A stretch of 64,000 nucleotides of DNA from Octopus vulgaris (Eukaryota). The notes under the pieces were generated by a model. The model was given only the letters and a program-made list of their open reading frames with translations. It was not told where the DNA came from and did no database searches. This document shows, piece by piece, positions 12,663 through 26,353 of the stretch (position 1 is its first letter; each line of letters begins with the position of its first letter). The stretch lies in assembly GCA_951406725.2 (NCBI GenBank), contig OX597816.1:15748001-15812000 (forward strand), given 5' to 3'. A program made the position numbers and the translations under genes.

Positions 12663-14813
12663 ATGTAGTTTTTATTGAAACCGAAGTCAGGAGTTTGTCT
12701 TGCAACCTGAGTTTCACGCTGCTGTGGTCGGTAATCAAAGGAAAGAAAGTAGCACTCAACGCATTTAGTTGAAGTTTTAAGTATTTAATAACAAATCAGC
12801 TCAGTTTCACTTTCCTTAAAGTTTCATGGATGTAAAACATGTCCACTTTGTCAGATGTATGGAACCAGAGTGGGGAGAAGTTGAAAGAAACTTTGAAATA
12901 CCTTGCAGATAAGAATATTTTGACTTCCATTGGTCAAAGGTCAGTGCAACTACCAGCATCTACGATTCCTTCATCACATGCTCCACATGGTAGAACAGAC
13001 AAGAGGTGGATGTGTCTGCATTTACCATGTGGCAAGGTAACCAATGTGGTGGTGTTAGGTTACATATCAGTTCACATGACAAGCAAGTACTTATGTTTTT
13101 TAAATCTGGTATTTACTTTGTTAATCACCTTATACTTGGAACAAACAAACAAATGCTGGTTGTCAAGCCGTAACAGATATACACACACATGTACATATGA
13201 AGAACTTCTGTGCAGTTTCTCACATACTAGATTCTCTCACTGGCATTTGTCAGCCTGGGGTTATAGTAAATGACACTTGCCAATCATATCACACAATAGG
13301 AAAACTACAATCAAAAAGTACTCAAAGCTTACTTACACACACTCATATATCATCATCGTTTAACGTCCGTTTTCCGCGCTAGCACGGGTTGGACGGTTCG
13401 ACCGGGGTCTGGGAAGCCAGGGTCTGCACCAGGCTCCAGTCTGATCTGGCAGTGTTTCTACAGCTGGATGCCCTTCCTGACGCACTGCCTTGAAAAATTT
13501 ATAGTTGAATGTACCAACCTTAGTACTTTTTTTTTAAAGTGTGGTACTTATTCTATTGATCTCATTTGCCAAACTGCTAAGTTACAGGATCATAGACACA
13601 CCATCACTGGTTATCAGCCATGTTTGGATGGTGCTTTTTATGTGCCACCGGCACAGAAGCCAGTCGAGGCGGTGCTGGCGTATATATATCTTTTATCATT
13701 TACTCATTTCAGTCATTACACTGCGGCCATGCTGGGGTACTGCCTTGAAAAATTTATAGTTGAATGTACCAACCTCAGAATTTTTTTTTTTTAAAGTGTG
13801 ATAATTATTCTATCGATTTCTTTTGCCAAACTGCTAAATTACAGGGACATAGACACACCAACACTGGTTATCAAGCAGTGATAGAGAGACAAACACAGAC
13901 TGCACAGCCATGCCTAGTTAATAAAATTTTGGTAAAAACCTTCTCATATGCTATACAAAGCTCTTCCACAGTCATTGGCTACCAGATGTCATCATACAAT
14001 GGGAATACTCTTGTTATTTATTATATATCTGGAATTTCATAGTAACTTCAGAGTTCTTGAAAAGATGGATAAGAGAAAATAAATTGAAAGGCATTCTTTA
14101 TTTCAAATCACTTCAATTGTTTCCACACATTTTTTCCACATGTACATTTTGAGATGATATAATTAACATATTTCATAATCACTATCGTCCATCAAAGGTG
14201 TAAAATGCGTTTCTTTAAGTGATTATTTTGAATAAGACCTTTGGCAGATCATATTGTCATTTCACTCTCTACAAGAATACCCAAAGCAGTGAGCTATTTT
14301 CAGCAATTTGAAGACAAAACTAAACACACAGATATTGTAACAGACAAGATATAAATATAATCAAAACACAAAATACAGAAGCAAAGAAACAGCTACAGAA
14401 AAAAGAAAAACCATGTCGAGTTAACTATAAGTTACAATCCTATCTTCATGGTCAGATTATAAGGAAGAAAGAGAAAATCAAAATGAAGAATGAAATTAAG
14501 TATTCAGAGATAATAATGTGATGAAGTGATAAAGACTGACCATTTCTGTGCTTATCAATTGTTAACTTGAAAGGGATATAAAGTACCTCCTGCCTATTTA
14601 CAGCAAAACATATGACTGCATTCCACACCAGAATCTGCCTCTGTACAAAGTTAATTTGCGACTGTCTAGCTTTTATATCAATTTTTTGAATCATTTAGAA
14701 AAATAAGTTAGCAGGTAAACTCTCTCTTTCATGCGTATTATTTCATTTACCCACATACAAGGTCATGTATATAGTTTTATACACACATACACATATATAT
14801 CTGTTTATATATA

Positions 14814-15165
14814 TCATCATCATCGTTTAACATCTGCTTTCCGTGCTAGCATGCGTTGGACGATTTGACTGAGGTCTGGCAAACCAGATGACTGCACCAG
14901 GCTCTAATCTAATCTGGCAGAGTTTCTATAGCTGGATGCTCTTCCTAATGCCAACCACTCTAAGAGTGTAGTGGGTGCTTTTACGTGCCACTGGCATGAA
15001 GGCCAGTCAAGTGGTACTGGCAACGCCCACATTTAAATGGTGCTTTTTATGTGCCACCTGCACAGGAGCCAGTCCAGCGGCACTGGCAATGACCTCACTC
15101 AAATGTTTTTCATGTGCCACCAGCACAAGTACCAGTAAGGCAACGCAGGTAATGATCACACTCGA
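14814..15165 (-). mobile_element. RTE LINE 3'UTR fragment
   Basis: (CAT)n tail plus ggatgctcttcctaatgccaacc; homologous to 42150-42758. Similar fragments near 6895, 13349, 18820, 24590, 33775, 40874, 53677 and 58729. Confidence 0.8.
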
Positions 15166-15638
15166 AGTATATATATATATATATACTTCTTTCAAACATT
15201 CTTACTACATTTATTATTAATATATGTTGAGTTCAAAGTTTAGCCTGCATACAAGATAGTGTATATAGTTTATAAATATATACACACATATATCTATTTG
15301 TATATGTCCACATGTATACTTCTTGCACACATTATTATTTTTAAACCAGACATAAATAAATAAATACAGTATACTAAAGTAAAATAAAATGAAATACAAT
15401 AAGCAGATTGCATCAATAGAGTTTTAATTATTAATTGTTTTTACCAAACTGTGAAAATGAGTGTTTTAGCCTGGGGCTGCATTTTGTAACTATTTCAGAG
15501 TGCCTATTCAAAAGTTTACCAGTACACATTAAAATGCATACCATTTCCTCAGAACAGAGATTACCAGATCTTGAAAATGTATTGTACAGAAGTGCATTTC
15601 TCTCTCTCTCTCTCTCACACACACACTCACACACACAC

Positions 15639-16192
15639 ATCATCATCATCATCATCGTTTAACATCCGTTTTCCATTCTAGCACGGGTTGGACGGTTCGA
15701 CCGGGATCTGGGGAGCCAAGAGGCTGCACCAGGCTCCAGTCTGATCTGACAGTATTTCTACAGCTGGATGCTCTTCCTAACGCCAACCACTCTGTGAGTG
15801 TAGTGGGTGCTTTTTACGTGCCACCAGCACAGGTGCCTGAAGAGGCTGGCAGCAGCCACAATCGGTTGGTGCTTTTTACATGCCACTGGCATAGAAGCCA
15901 GTCAAGGCGGCGCTGGCATCGGCCACATTCGGATGGTGCTTATATATATATATATATATATATAGCACCATCCGAGCATGGCCGTTTGCCAGCCTCGTCT
16001 GGCATCTGTGTCAGTGGCACATAAAAAGCATCCACTACACTCATGGAGTGGTTGGCATTGGGAAGGGCATCCAGCTGTAGAAACACTGCCAGATCTGACT
16101 GGCCTGGTGCAGCCTTTGGGCTTCCCAGACCCCAGTTGAACTGTCCAACCCATGCTAGCATGGAAAGCAGACGTTAAACGATGATGATGATG
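15639..16192. mobile_element. Inverted pair of RTE 3'UTR fragments joined at (TA)n
   Basis: Minus copy 15639-15940, (TA)n spacer, plus copy 15964-16192; tails face outward. Confidence 0.85.
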
Positions 16193-16727
16193 ATATATAT
16201 ATATAGGATAAACTCTGTAAGCATAGTAGCAATGTCAACCAAGTAATGTTGTCATGTCTACTGAGGATCATTCTGTCTTTCTTTGGCTGAGAAGAGCAGG
16301 CAGTTTTCCTCTGTCTGGTGGCCATGGTGAATGAGATTGTATGGTGGATATAGATGAAAGGACCAAAGACAAACACTTTCTTCTTCAGCCACCTCCTCAT
16401 CAAACTCTTCAAGTTCCAGAGATATTCACCTCCAGTAAATTTGTTGAAAGAATGTGTGAGAAGGGTGAAAAAGGCTTGCATTTTGTAGCCTACTCTCAGG
16501 ATGACTCTAGGCAGGAGATCACAGTTGTTGTAGAGCACTTGGTAGTCAGAATAATCCTTAATCCGAGGGGTTTCTTGACTGGCCCTAGGTGGCTGCCATC
16601 TCCTTTAATGTGTGTTCTTTTACACCTTTTCCATAACTGTATTTTCCATGTGTTTTTCTTTCGCAATCAATTATTCTGCATAAACACCTACCATTTGTCA
16701 TGTCTTCTTATTTGTCAGCCTCAAGGA

Positions 16728-16760
<33 letters not shown>

Positions 16761-17780
16761 TGTTATTACATAGACATTACTCTCTGTCTTTGACTATATT
16801 TATATAGATGTGTACGTTTCTCTTTATATTTCAACTGCTGTAAGTAATGTAGATATGTGATATACACGTATCCGTATGTGTTGATATTTATTCACCTAGC
16901 CATGTATGTAATGGCAAGACATTGACCTCACCTAATAATCTCCAGTGACTTACACAAACGAAAGTTAAAAGTTGTTAAACAAATTTGACATCTTCAAAGA
17001 TTCTGTCTTCCTAGACATAATGGCTCCAAATGGACTGATAAAACAGCTGCTGGCTTGAGATTCAAAGAAGCAATAGCACCACCAATGAAAATTGGTTGTT
17101 AGACATCTCAGTTGTATATCATCCTGGTTTGTGTATTATCTTTCAAATCTCTTCAATACATCTAGATTGAGCTGCACCTCTGGTTCAGCTCCACCTCTTG
17201 TTCTATAAAAATCTCATTTTAAATCTTTCATACTTGAAATCAAAACAAGACACCATGGTTTCATGTAAGAACCTTACCAAACATCATGTAATTTATTAAT
17301 GAAAAGTTTATAATTGTACTAAAGAGGTACTGGTGTGTGGCTGTGTGGTGAAGAAGTTTGCTTCCCAACCACATGATTTTGAGTTCGGTCCCACTGCATG
17401 TCACCATGAGTAGATGTGTTTTATTATAACCACATGCTGACCAGAGCTTTGTGATCAGATTTGGTTGACAGAAACTGAAAGAAGCCAGTCATATCTATAC
17501 TCTTTTACTTGTTTCAGTCATTTGACTGTGGCCATGCTGGAGCACCACCTTTAGTCGAGCAAATCGACCCCAGGACTTATGCTTTGTAAGCTTTGTACTT
17601 ATGTTTAAAATCTTTCTATATGATTTATTATAGATAATATCTTTCACTATTAATTGAATTACTTAATAGAGGTTTTGTCTCTTAATTATTTACATAAATT
17701 ATATATTATGAAATTTGAAATGGAATGGAAGTTATATGGGTATTAAAACTGTATTTGTCATAATTACCAATATATATATA

Positions 17781-17970
17781 GGGGGAGAGTTCACGAAAAG
17801 AACAAAAGACGTAGACAGGTGGTGTAGAAAACAAACAAATGTATTAGTATAATGCTCAGGAACTGAAAAAGTCTTTTACGTTTCGAGCCTACGCTCTTCT
17901 GCAGAAAGGAACACAGAAAGAAACAAAGAGAGAAACTAGGAGAGAAAAAAAAGTGTGTGTAGTGGGTACC
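17781..17970 (-). mobile_element. Hammerhead-like-core repeat, copy 2
   Basis: gtttcgagcctacgctcttctgcag at 17880-17904; homologous to 3628 and 54118. Confidence 0.55.
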
Positions 17971-19922
17971 AATATACTGTTTGTAGAAAAAGCAACAAAA
18001 AAAAATTAAACAAATACTTATTTTTTGAGGACAGTGCCTTGGCATCAGAGCACTGCCCTTGAAGAATAAACATGTTTGGTTTTGTTCCACTGCTGTGTGA
18101 TTTCAAGAATGTTAAAAACGATAAACTTTGCATGAGTATTCGAAACTTCACAGACATTCGACAGCAGTATTGCTACATTAACATCAGAAAACTTGTGTGA
18201 TGTTAAGAAGATAACTTGCATGATGTGCAATAGAGTAAACTGCATGATTTATGCTGAAATAAACATAAAAAGTTCGCAACCATTTCACATCAGCTCTTTC
18301 ATGACCATATTTCTGATGAGATATATTGGCTGTGCATTTCAATCAATTTTGAAAATAATCAAAAATGACAGCGAGAAACAAATTAAATAACTTATATTTG
18401 TTTAAATCTTCAATATTTATCATTCCTGAATAAAACGAAAAAGAAAAACAAGAAAAGCAACAGCAGAAGTGTTATTTGATATTCTACAAATAGTATCTTT
18501 ATTACTTGTCTTAACTCTTACTTTTTTTTGTTATTTTTCTTTAACATTAATTCTTAAATAGAATTACAAACAGATAGTCTTTTACTTGTTTCAGTCATTG
18601 GATTAAGTTCATGCTGGGGCACCATAAAACTGAAAATAATGTTTGCTTGAAATTTCATTTAAGAATAAATGTAAATAATGTAAAGCTACGTATTTACTTT
18701 ACCGGACATTCCAACCATCAGTTGCCAACTGGAGATCTTAACGATTTTGGTACCTTCCAACAGTACCATTCCCTCAAATAATGTAAAGCAACATTAAAGC
18801 TACCAGCAAATGCTTGGTTCTTTGTGCCGGTGGCATGTAAAAGAACCATCCGAATGTGGCCGTTGCCAGCGCTGCCCCGACTGGCCTCCGTGCCGGTAGC
18901 ACGTAAAAAGCACCAATCGATCGTGGCCATTGCCAGCCTCACCTGGCACGTAAAAAGCACCGACTACACTCACGGAGTGGTTGGCGTTGGGAAGGGCCTC
19001 CAGCTGTAGAAACACTGCCAGATCAGACTGGAGCCTGGTGCAGCACCCTGGCTTCCCAGACCCCAGTCGAACCGTCCAACCCATGCTAGCATGGAAAACA
19101 GACGTTAAACTTTTCTGTTACCCATGCACCTCATCACACCAAACCAGGGGTAGCTGCAACCATTTCAATTATAAAACAGTTATGTTCTGGTTTAATTATT
19201 TCGTTACCAAGGATTTGTTTTTCACTCTCATCTTTCTTTCTCATACCTTGGTGTATCCATGAGGAATCAGCCTTAGCTTCTCTTTGAAATTCTTGAATTG
19301 ATTCTCTGATATCTTTCCCAAGCTGCACTGTGGAACCCACTACCATCAGCTTGTTTTCTTCTGGTCTACTCTATCAGTCCTGTAAACTTTCTATTAATTG
19401 GCATCTTTTGAATTTGTAGGCCCCTTTTTTTTTTCCTTTCTTTGTAATCCTTTAAACTACAGTGACCTCAAGCTTTGTTTGGAGCAAAATTGTATTAAAA
19501 AGTCTAATGCCAGCCAGATAGGATATTGTGGTTCTAGATATGACCCCACAACATCCCATCAGTACTAGAAGAACCATATTGCACCATTCTTATGTCTCAC
19601 ATGACTCCCTAAATCCTTCATATTTTTGGCCCTTCCTTTCATCTACCTCCCTAAAGTACAATAAAAAACCTTCTTTTCTCATGTCATTCCATGTTGTATT
19701 ATTGTTGCTTTATCATTGAAATAGAATTCAAAAATATAAGAGCTTCCCCAAATCATTTGCACCATTTTGGAATCAGTGTGGTTAAGAAGCTTGTTTTGCA
19801 ACAACATGGTTTTGTATTCAGTCTTACTGCAAGACACCTCGTGTAGGTATCTTCTACTATAGCCCCAGACTGACTGATACCTTGTGAATGAATTTGGTAG
19901 ATGGAAATTGTATTGCAATCCT

Positions 19923-20337
19923 ATTTTTTTTACTACCCACAAGTGACTGAACACAGAGAGGACAAACAAGGACAGACAAACGGATTAAGTTGATTACATC
20001 AACCCCAGTGCATAACTGGTACTTAATTTATCAACCCCAAAAGGATGAAAGGCAAAGTCGACCTTGGTGGAATTCGAACTCAGAACGTAGCGGCAGACGA
20101 AATACCTATTTCTTTACTAGTCACAAGGGGCTAAACACAGAAGGGACAAACAAGGACAGACAAATGGATTAAGTCAATTACATCGACCCCAGTGCGTAAC
20201 TGGTACTTAATTTATCAACCCCGAAAGGATGAAAGGCAAAGTCGACTGCGGTGGAATTTGAACTCAGAATGTAACGTCAGACGAAATACTGCTAAGCATT
20301 TCGCCCGGCGTGCTAACAACTCTGCCAGCTCACCGCC
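19923..20337 (-). mobile_element. SINE B tandem dimer nested in a SINE A
   Basis: Two B units joined at gaaatacctatttc; SINE A sequence on both sides. Confidence 0.8.
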
Positions 20338-20643
20338 GTGTTTGTTCCCCACCTCCTGACATCTGGTATTGGTTTGTTGATGTCCCTCTAACTTAGCAGT
20401 TCTGTTAAAGAGAACAATAGAATAAATACCAGATTTAAAAGAGCATAAGTCTTGCGGGGGTCAATTTGTTTGACTAAAACCATTCAAGACAATACTCCCG
20501 CATGGCTGCAGTCCAATGACTGAAGCAAGTAAAAGGTAAAGACAACATGTCTATAAACGTGTTTCTGCATGACTGTGTTTCATCAGTAGAGACTAACAGA
20601 CAGACAATTCACTATTATTATTATTCCTAAATAATGTATTCAG

Positions 20644-20737
20644 ATTATTGTCTTTCATTCTTAAGGAAGAAAGTGGAAGAAGACAAAGAGAATTAAAATT
20701 GGAATTACTCAGTGATTCTTCCTCTGCCAAAACCAAG
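20644..20737 (+). CDS. Candidate upstream stalk exon of the TNF ligand (alternative acceptor giving start 20666)
   Basis: AG acceptors ending at 20643 and 20665, donor AAG|gtattc; open frame LLSFILKEESGRRQRELKLELLSDSSSAKTK in non-repetitive sequence; ends phase 0. No homology evidence. Confidence 0.25.
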
Positions 20738-21015
20738 GTATTCCTTTGAAGTTTAAATTTTCAGTTGGCATCGAAAATATTCTGTTTTCATATTTTCCTA
20801 TGAATCAACTGGTTTTTAAGTAGTTTGTCTCCTCTTAATAAGCTGGATGCACACATATACATTGACTTCTAAAGTAGATTTATGATGACAGTTTGACTTA
20901 TTATTCTGCCCAAGTTCTCTCCTACTGTGCAGCACCTTGTGTGAGTATCTTCTTCTATAGCCCCAGGGCAATCAAAGATTAGTGAGTAAATTTGGTTGAC
21001 AGAAACTGAAGGAAG

Positions 21016-21407
21016 AGGCGACAAACTGGCAGAAACATTAGCACGCTGGGTGAAATACTTATCGGTATTTCATCTGCCGCTATGGTCTGAGTTCAAATTC
21101 CGCCGAGGTCGACTTCGCCGTTCATCCTTTCAGGGTCGATTAAATAAGTAGCAGTTACACACTGGGGCCGATATAATCAACTTAATCCGTTTGTCCTCTT
21201 TGTGTTTAGCCCCTTGTGGGTAGTAAAGAAATAGGTATTTCGTCTGCCACTATGTTCTGAGTTCAAATTCCGCCAAGGTTGACTTTGCCTTTCATCCTTT
21301 TGGGGTTGATTAAATAAGTACCAGTTATGCACTGAGGTCGATATAATCGACTTAATCCGTTTGTTTGTCCCCTCTTTGTGTAGCTCCTTGTGGGCAGTCA
21401 AGAAATA
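21016..21407 (+). mobile_element. SINE B tandem dimer with 15-bp TSD, nested in SINE A
   Basis: agaaactgaaggaag at 21001-21015 and 21408-21422. Confidence 0.88.
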
Positions 21408-23378
21408 AGAAACTGAAGGAAGCCCCTGTGTGTGTGTGTGAGAGAGAGAGAGAAAGAAAGCAATTGTGGGTGTATTCTTCTTTTGACATCATGTAATAGT
21501 TGTGAAGATGTGTCACTGCAATGTTGTCTGTTTCTGGTTTTCAATGCACAACATGACTGGCCATGGGGAAAAATATTATCTTGCTTGGAAATGGGTTAGT
21601 ATTGGCAATAGGAAGAACATCTAGCCATAGAAAATTTGCCACAACAAATTCTGATTGACCCCTGTAAGTATGGGAAAATGGACAATAAATGAGAATAATT
21701 CCACTGTTGTCTTCATGCTTTCAAATTACCCTCACTGGCTGTTACTTTTGTTTATTCTGTATTTTTGTAAGAAAAAATAAAGAAAATCAACACCCCCCTC
21801 CACACACACACATATGCACACAACCCGTGGAAAACCATATTCATTATTATTACTCAATTAATCACTATTTTAATGCCTAATTTTCCCTGCTTCTATGGGT
21901 GAGATGAGGTTTATTGACACAAATTTTATGGCCAGATGCCCTTCCTGTTGCTAACCGTTACATTTCCAAACAATAATGAGGCATATTTTTTGCAGAATAT
22001 TTCGTTTTGGGATTTGGTTTGCAAGATTCTGTATATGATTTCATATGTTGAAGCATATTCTGTTGTGTCTGGGGAGAGTCATTTCCTTTTTGTGCCTAAC
22101 ACACTCACCGGTAAAAGTGGAAATTTTACCAGTGAGCCTGTTACATTATAAGGCACAAAAAGAAAATTACTCTCCCCAGACACAACAGTTTTTGCAGAAT
22201 GTTTGTTTACAACAGTTACGCAAAGTCAAAACAAGGAGAAACAAACATAGTCACACATACATATGTGTGTATGTATAAGCTTTCTTTCAGTTTTTATCTA
22301 CCAAATCCACTCACAAAGCTTTGGTCAGCTTGGGGCTATAGTTGAAGAAATTTGTCCAAAGTGTCATGCCTTAAGACTGAACCTGAAACCATGAGATTAG
22401 AAAACAAACTTCTTAACCATATGGCCATACCTGCATCTATATCCATGCTAGCACCTCATTATTATTATTGTTGTTGTTGCTATAGTAAAGAAAGGATTGC
22501 TATCATTATTCATTCCTTCAGTTGTTTCGCTTCTTTACAAGAACTAAATGCTGCTATCCAATCAACATATATTTCTCTTATTAATAAGTCATTTAGCTCT
22601 AAATACTAGTATAACGAAACAAGCTAACTGCCTGTCAAAACAACCAATAAATACTTGAAAAGATTTCCTTTCTAAACCTAAGAAAGCTCATCTCGAAAAT
22701 GAGAGCTTTCTTGTACTAAATGACAATTTTACTGCATTACTTCTGTATATATTTGTTCTCTTCTCTGAGTCAATTTACCAAAACAATTAAAGGGGTAATG
22801 CTGTCGGTGGTGATCGTGGTTGAGAAATAACATTCTTTAGGTTTTAGTGTTGCTTTTTTTTTTTTGCCAGTTTTACCAGGTATGTAATATATTGGCTCTG
22901 TTGGTTACTAGCTCTGTTGCAAGTATAGGAAGAGTCGGCTAATCTCATTAATTTATACCTACCTGTTTACTTGTTTTTTTGGCCACCGTTCTGTGCAGAG
23001 GGAATTAAGGTTTGTGTCAATGTGTCTGTAGGTATTTGTCTCGTATGTATGCTCCTATATTTATCTCAATGTATGGATGTTTACGCGTTTGGAAGAGAAA
23101 GAAGGCGTGTGTGCATGTGTGTGTGTGTATATGTGGTTGTGATAGTGGTGGTGAAGGTCTGTTTGCTTTGCGTTGAACTTGAAAAGAACTAAGGGTATAT
23201 CACTGATCTAAGTATTGTTCAAACAAACATAAAAGATGGTAAAATAAAACATAGCCTGGAAAAGTCTGTTAACAAACAGAACATGTAAAGCCACCTGACA
23301 ACCAAAGATAAATAATGGTATAACAAAAATTCTGCTCCCAGATAGGTTTCTCAATAAATACCTTTATTATTATTATTA

Positions 23379-23418
<40 letters not shown>

Positions 23419-23799
23419 CATTTCAATTTATTTCAAAGATGTTTTATAGGAACAGTAAACCGTTTCTTTGTGTGTGTAGTCAATATGAGGCACATAAATA
23501 TAATATAAAATAAACATCCATTTTGTTCCTCTTTGTTTGTATTACAAATAACGTCTTTTTTTTTTCTCCCCGCGGTCTTTATGAAGTTTTGTATATATTT
23601 CCTTTTTTTTTTTTTTTCCCATACTTTGCCAAACCCCTATTTGCTTGAATATTTTATTTACCAAGGTAGAAAGATTCTATGAAAGATGATGGGAAGGGAA
23701 TACTGAGGAAAATATGGTCAAGAGTTATGCGTCTGGGAGGAAACGTATAAAGTAGTGACTCAAAAACCAACTTCAACAAACACTGCTTTATTCTACTAA

Positions 23800-23835
23800 G
23801 GATATATATTTATATAAATACATATATATACATAC

Positions 23836-23868
<33 letters not shown>

Positions 23869-23997
23869 CATACATACATACTCATATATATACTCATACA
23901 TATATACATATATATACTCATACATATATACATACATATATACTCATATATATATACATACATATATAATCATATATACATACATACATATATACTC

Positions 23998-24028
<31 letters not shown>

Positions 24029-24160
24029 CATGTATACTCATATATATATACATACATACGTACATATATATATATATACATACATACGTACATATATATA
24101 TATATACATACATATATACATACATATATACATACATATATATATACATATATGTATATA
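23800..24160. repeat. (TA)/(TACA) compound microsatellite
   Basis: Directly visible. Confidence 0.95.
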
Positions 24161-24831
24161 TTGCTCTTTTATTGTGGCATACCGTCTCCTCATATTAGAT
24201 CTTTTTTCCTGATGTTTTTATGACATATGTTTTGATTTTTCTATTTGTTTAACATCCTTTGTCTCTCCGTTCCTGCAATGAATAAGTGATTGAAGCGCAG
24301 CCAGTGAATAGGCAGAGGATTTCATAGCCTTCTATTTAAAACAAATGTATGCTCACTATTTCTGTGTAAAAATAGTTAATCCTGTCAGAGGGGAAACAAA
24401 TAGGGTCTTTTTAAAGATTCATATCTGCAATCATTGTCATCAGTTTCATGTCTGCTTTCCATGTTTGTACTGGTTATTTTTGCTCCTCTGTAGCAGTGTC
24501 CTACCATTTGTTGCTCTCCTTTGAGAGGTGAAATCCTTTGTGTGGTTCAACATTCTTCTGCATACATCTTCCTCTTCACACACATACGTCATCATTTAAT
24601 GTCCATGTTCCAGGCTGGCATGGGTTGGAAGGTTTGACAAGGATCCAATGAGTCAAGGATTACATCATGCTCCAGTATCTACTTTACCATGGTTTCTACA
24701 GCTGGATACCCTTCCTAATGCCAACCACTTCACAGTGTGTACTGGATGCCTTTTTCATGCCACCAGCTAAAACATTTGATGTGTTGACCAAGAGAACCAT
24801 GTATGTGTCATGCTTAATATATATATATATA

Positions 24832-25490
24832 CAGTTGATAGGCCTGTTACTGCAGTATTAGTCCTGAGACAACCTACTTTGTTAAAAACCCAAATTTGCA
24901 GGAAGCTAAAATTTCATCCCAGCAATGGCCATGAAAATAGGCAATGTGTTTCAGTTTTTTGGGGCATATACCAGGGATCTTTACCTTTTGACTAACAGAT
25001 TTAGAAAATAATTTTTTGTAACTAAACACTTTCAAACTTCGTATACTGGTAGAATGTGTCATATAAAACATCTTTTACTCTTAGCGTTTTTGAGAAAAGT
25101 TTATGTTTATGAAGTTATTTCATGTTAAAGTTGTATTTCAGTAAATTCAACTAATCAATGACGTGTATTCAGCTGAATAAAATTACTGCCGTTGTTTGTC
25201 AACAACAACTATCAGTCAGAAGGTAAAAATCCTATACCAGATTTTTATTCAGTTGAGTGGCGATTTGCAACATCATCCACTGTTTCCTGTATTGGAGATG
25301 ACAAATTCTCATCTGGCTGGCTGCAAGTGTGTGCCTTTGAAAAAAAGCATTAAAAAATATGTATCCGGTTTTCTTGATAGCTACTGCAGAGACTAAGTTT
25401 TGTCTCCCTCTGATATTTTTTGTCTCTAACAGCACATCCATAACAGATGTTATCTTAGGACAAATACGGCAGTAACTGGCCTACTTACTG
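24832..25490. mobile_element. Non-autonomous Tc1/mariner-superfamily DNA transposon
   Basis: ~42-bp imperfect TIRs: CAGTTGATAGGCCTGTTACTGCAGTATTAGTCCTGAGACAAC / GTTATCTTAGGACAAATACGGCAGTAACTGGCCTACTTACTG; left TA flank. Confidence 0.75.
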
Positions 25491-25688
25491 TGTATTCATT
25501 AAGTATCATACGCACATATCTACTATTTTAATTAAATACTGCCTTAATTGCATGTAGTGAAGATATCTATTTATCTATCTATCTATTCATGTCTGTGTGT
25601 CTGAGAGAGAGGATTCATGTTATGTGCAGTAAATCGCAGCAACGAAAATTTTTCATTATGCTCCCCTACAATGTTGCATTGTTTTCAG

Positions 25689-25731
25689 ATGGAGAGATGT
25701 TGTGATATTTATGACCTCCTCTTTATCTTAA
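25689..25731 (+). CDS. Candidate 43-nt phase 0-to-1 stalk exon of the TNF ligand
   Basis: Acceptor ttgttttcag|, donor |gtaaaa (moderate); reads MERCCDIYDLLFIL; phase-bridges the 20737 donor to the 29092 acceptor. Could be chance. Confidence 0.2.
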
Positions 25732-26353
25732 GTAAAATGTAAACGTAACACTGTGTTATGTTTACATGTTGAAATATATAAATAAGAGAGAGTATTATCT
25801 TCAATAATGTTTATTTATAACACTAAACATTTTCAATGTACTTAATGTACAATTCATTATATCTCACACTCTCTGTCTGTATCCCCTATTTTACTCAGCT
25901 TCTTGTATTTTGAGATGCTCTGACATCTTGTCACCACCATCTTTACCTTCTTTCCAGCTCTGCTCCCACCCATCCTTATATAATGCAGAATAGCCATGCA
26001 TCTATAACATGACACCTGTGCTTCTCCCACAATCACATTTTAGCTCTCAGCACCTGGCATAGAATTACTACCCCTTCTTCCCCTCTCAAATACCAAATAC
26101 TCTCTTCCTCCGCTTATTCAAGGGGACTTTTTCCATTTTCCTGTTCTTTTCTCATCTTGCATGTTACCTGGCAACCTCACTAGTGTTAGGGGTATGAAAA
26201 CTAGCACCCTGTGCACACTGCAAACTGGTTGGCTTTGGGAAGGGCATCCAACTGCAGAAACTATACCAAAGCATGGGGCTCAATAAATCCCATCAAACTT
26301 TGCAAGCCATGCCAGAATTCAAAAGGGATCTTAAACGACAACGATGATGATGA

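Noticed and set aside
12855-12939. Possible exon (gtcag|...AAG|gtcagt; VWNQSGEKLKETLKYLADKNILTSIGQ)
   Set aside because: Phase-compatible with the 20644 candidate but has a weak pyrimidine tract and no family motif; not supportable.
16155-16793. Overlapping 127 and 150 aa ORFs in non-microsatellite sequence
   Set aside because: No recognisable domain or splice support; probably a decayed transposon.
19134-19460. Purine-skewed minus-strand stretch (similar at 40050-40430 and 4840-5080) suggesting old LINE coding sequence
   Set aside because: Too degraded to assign any motif.
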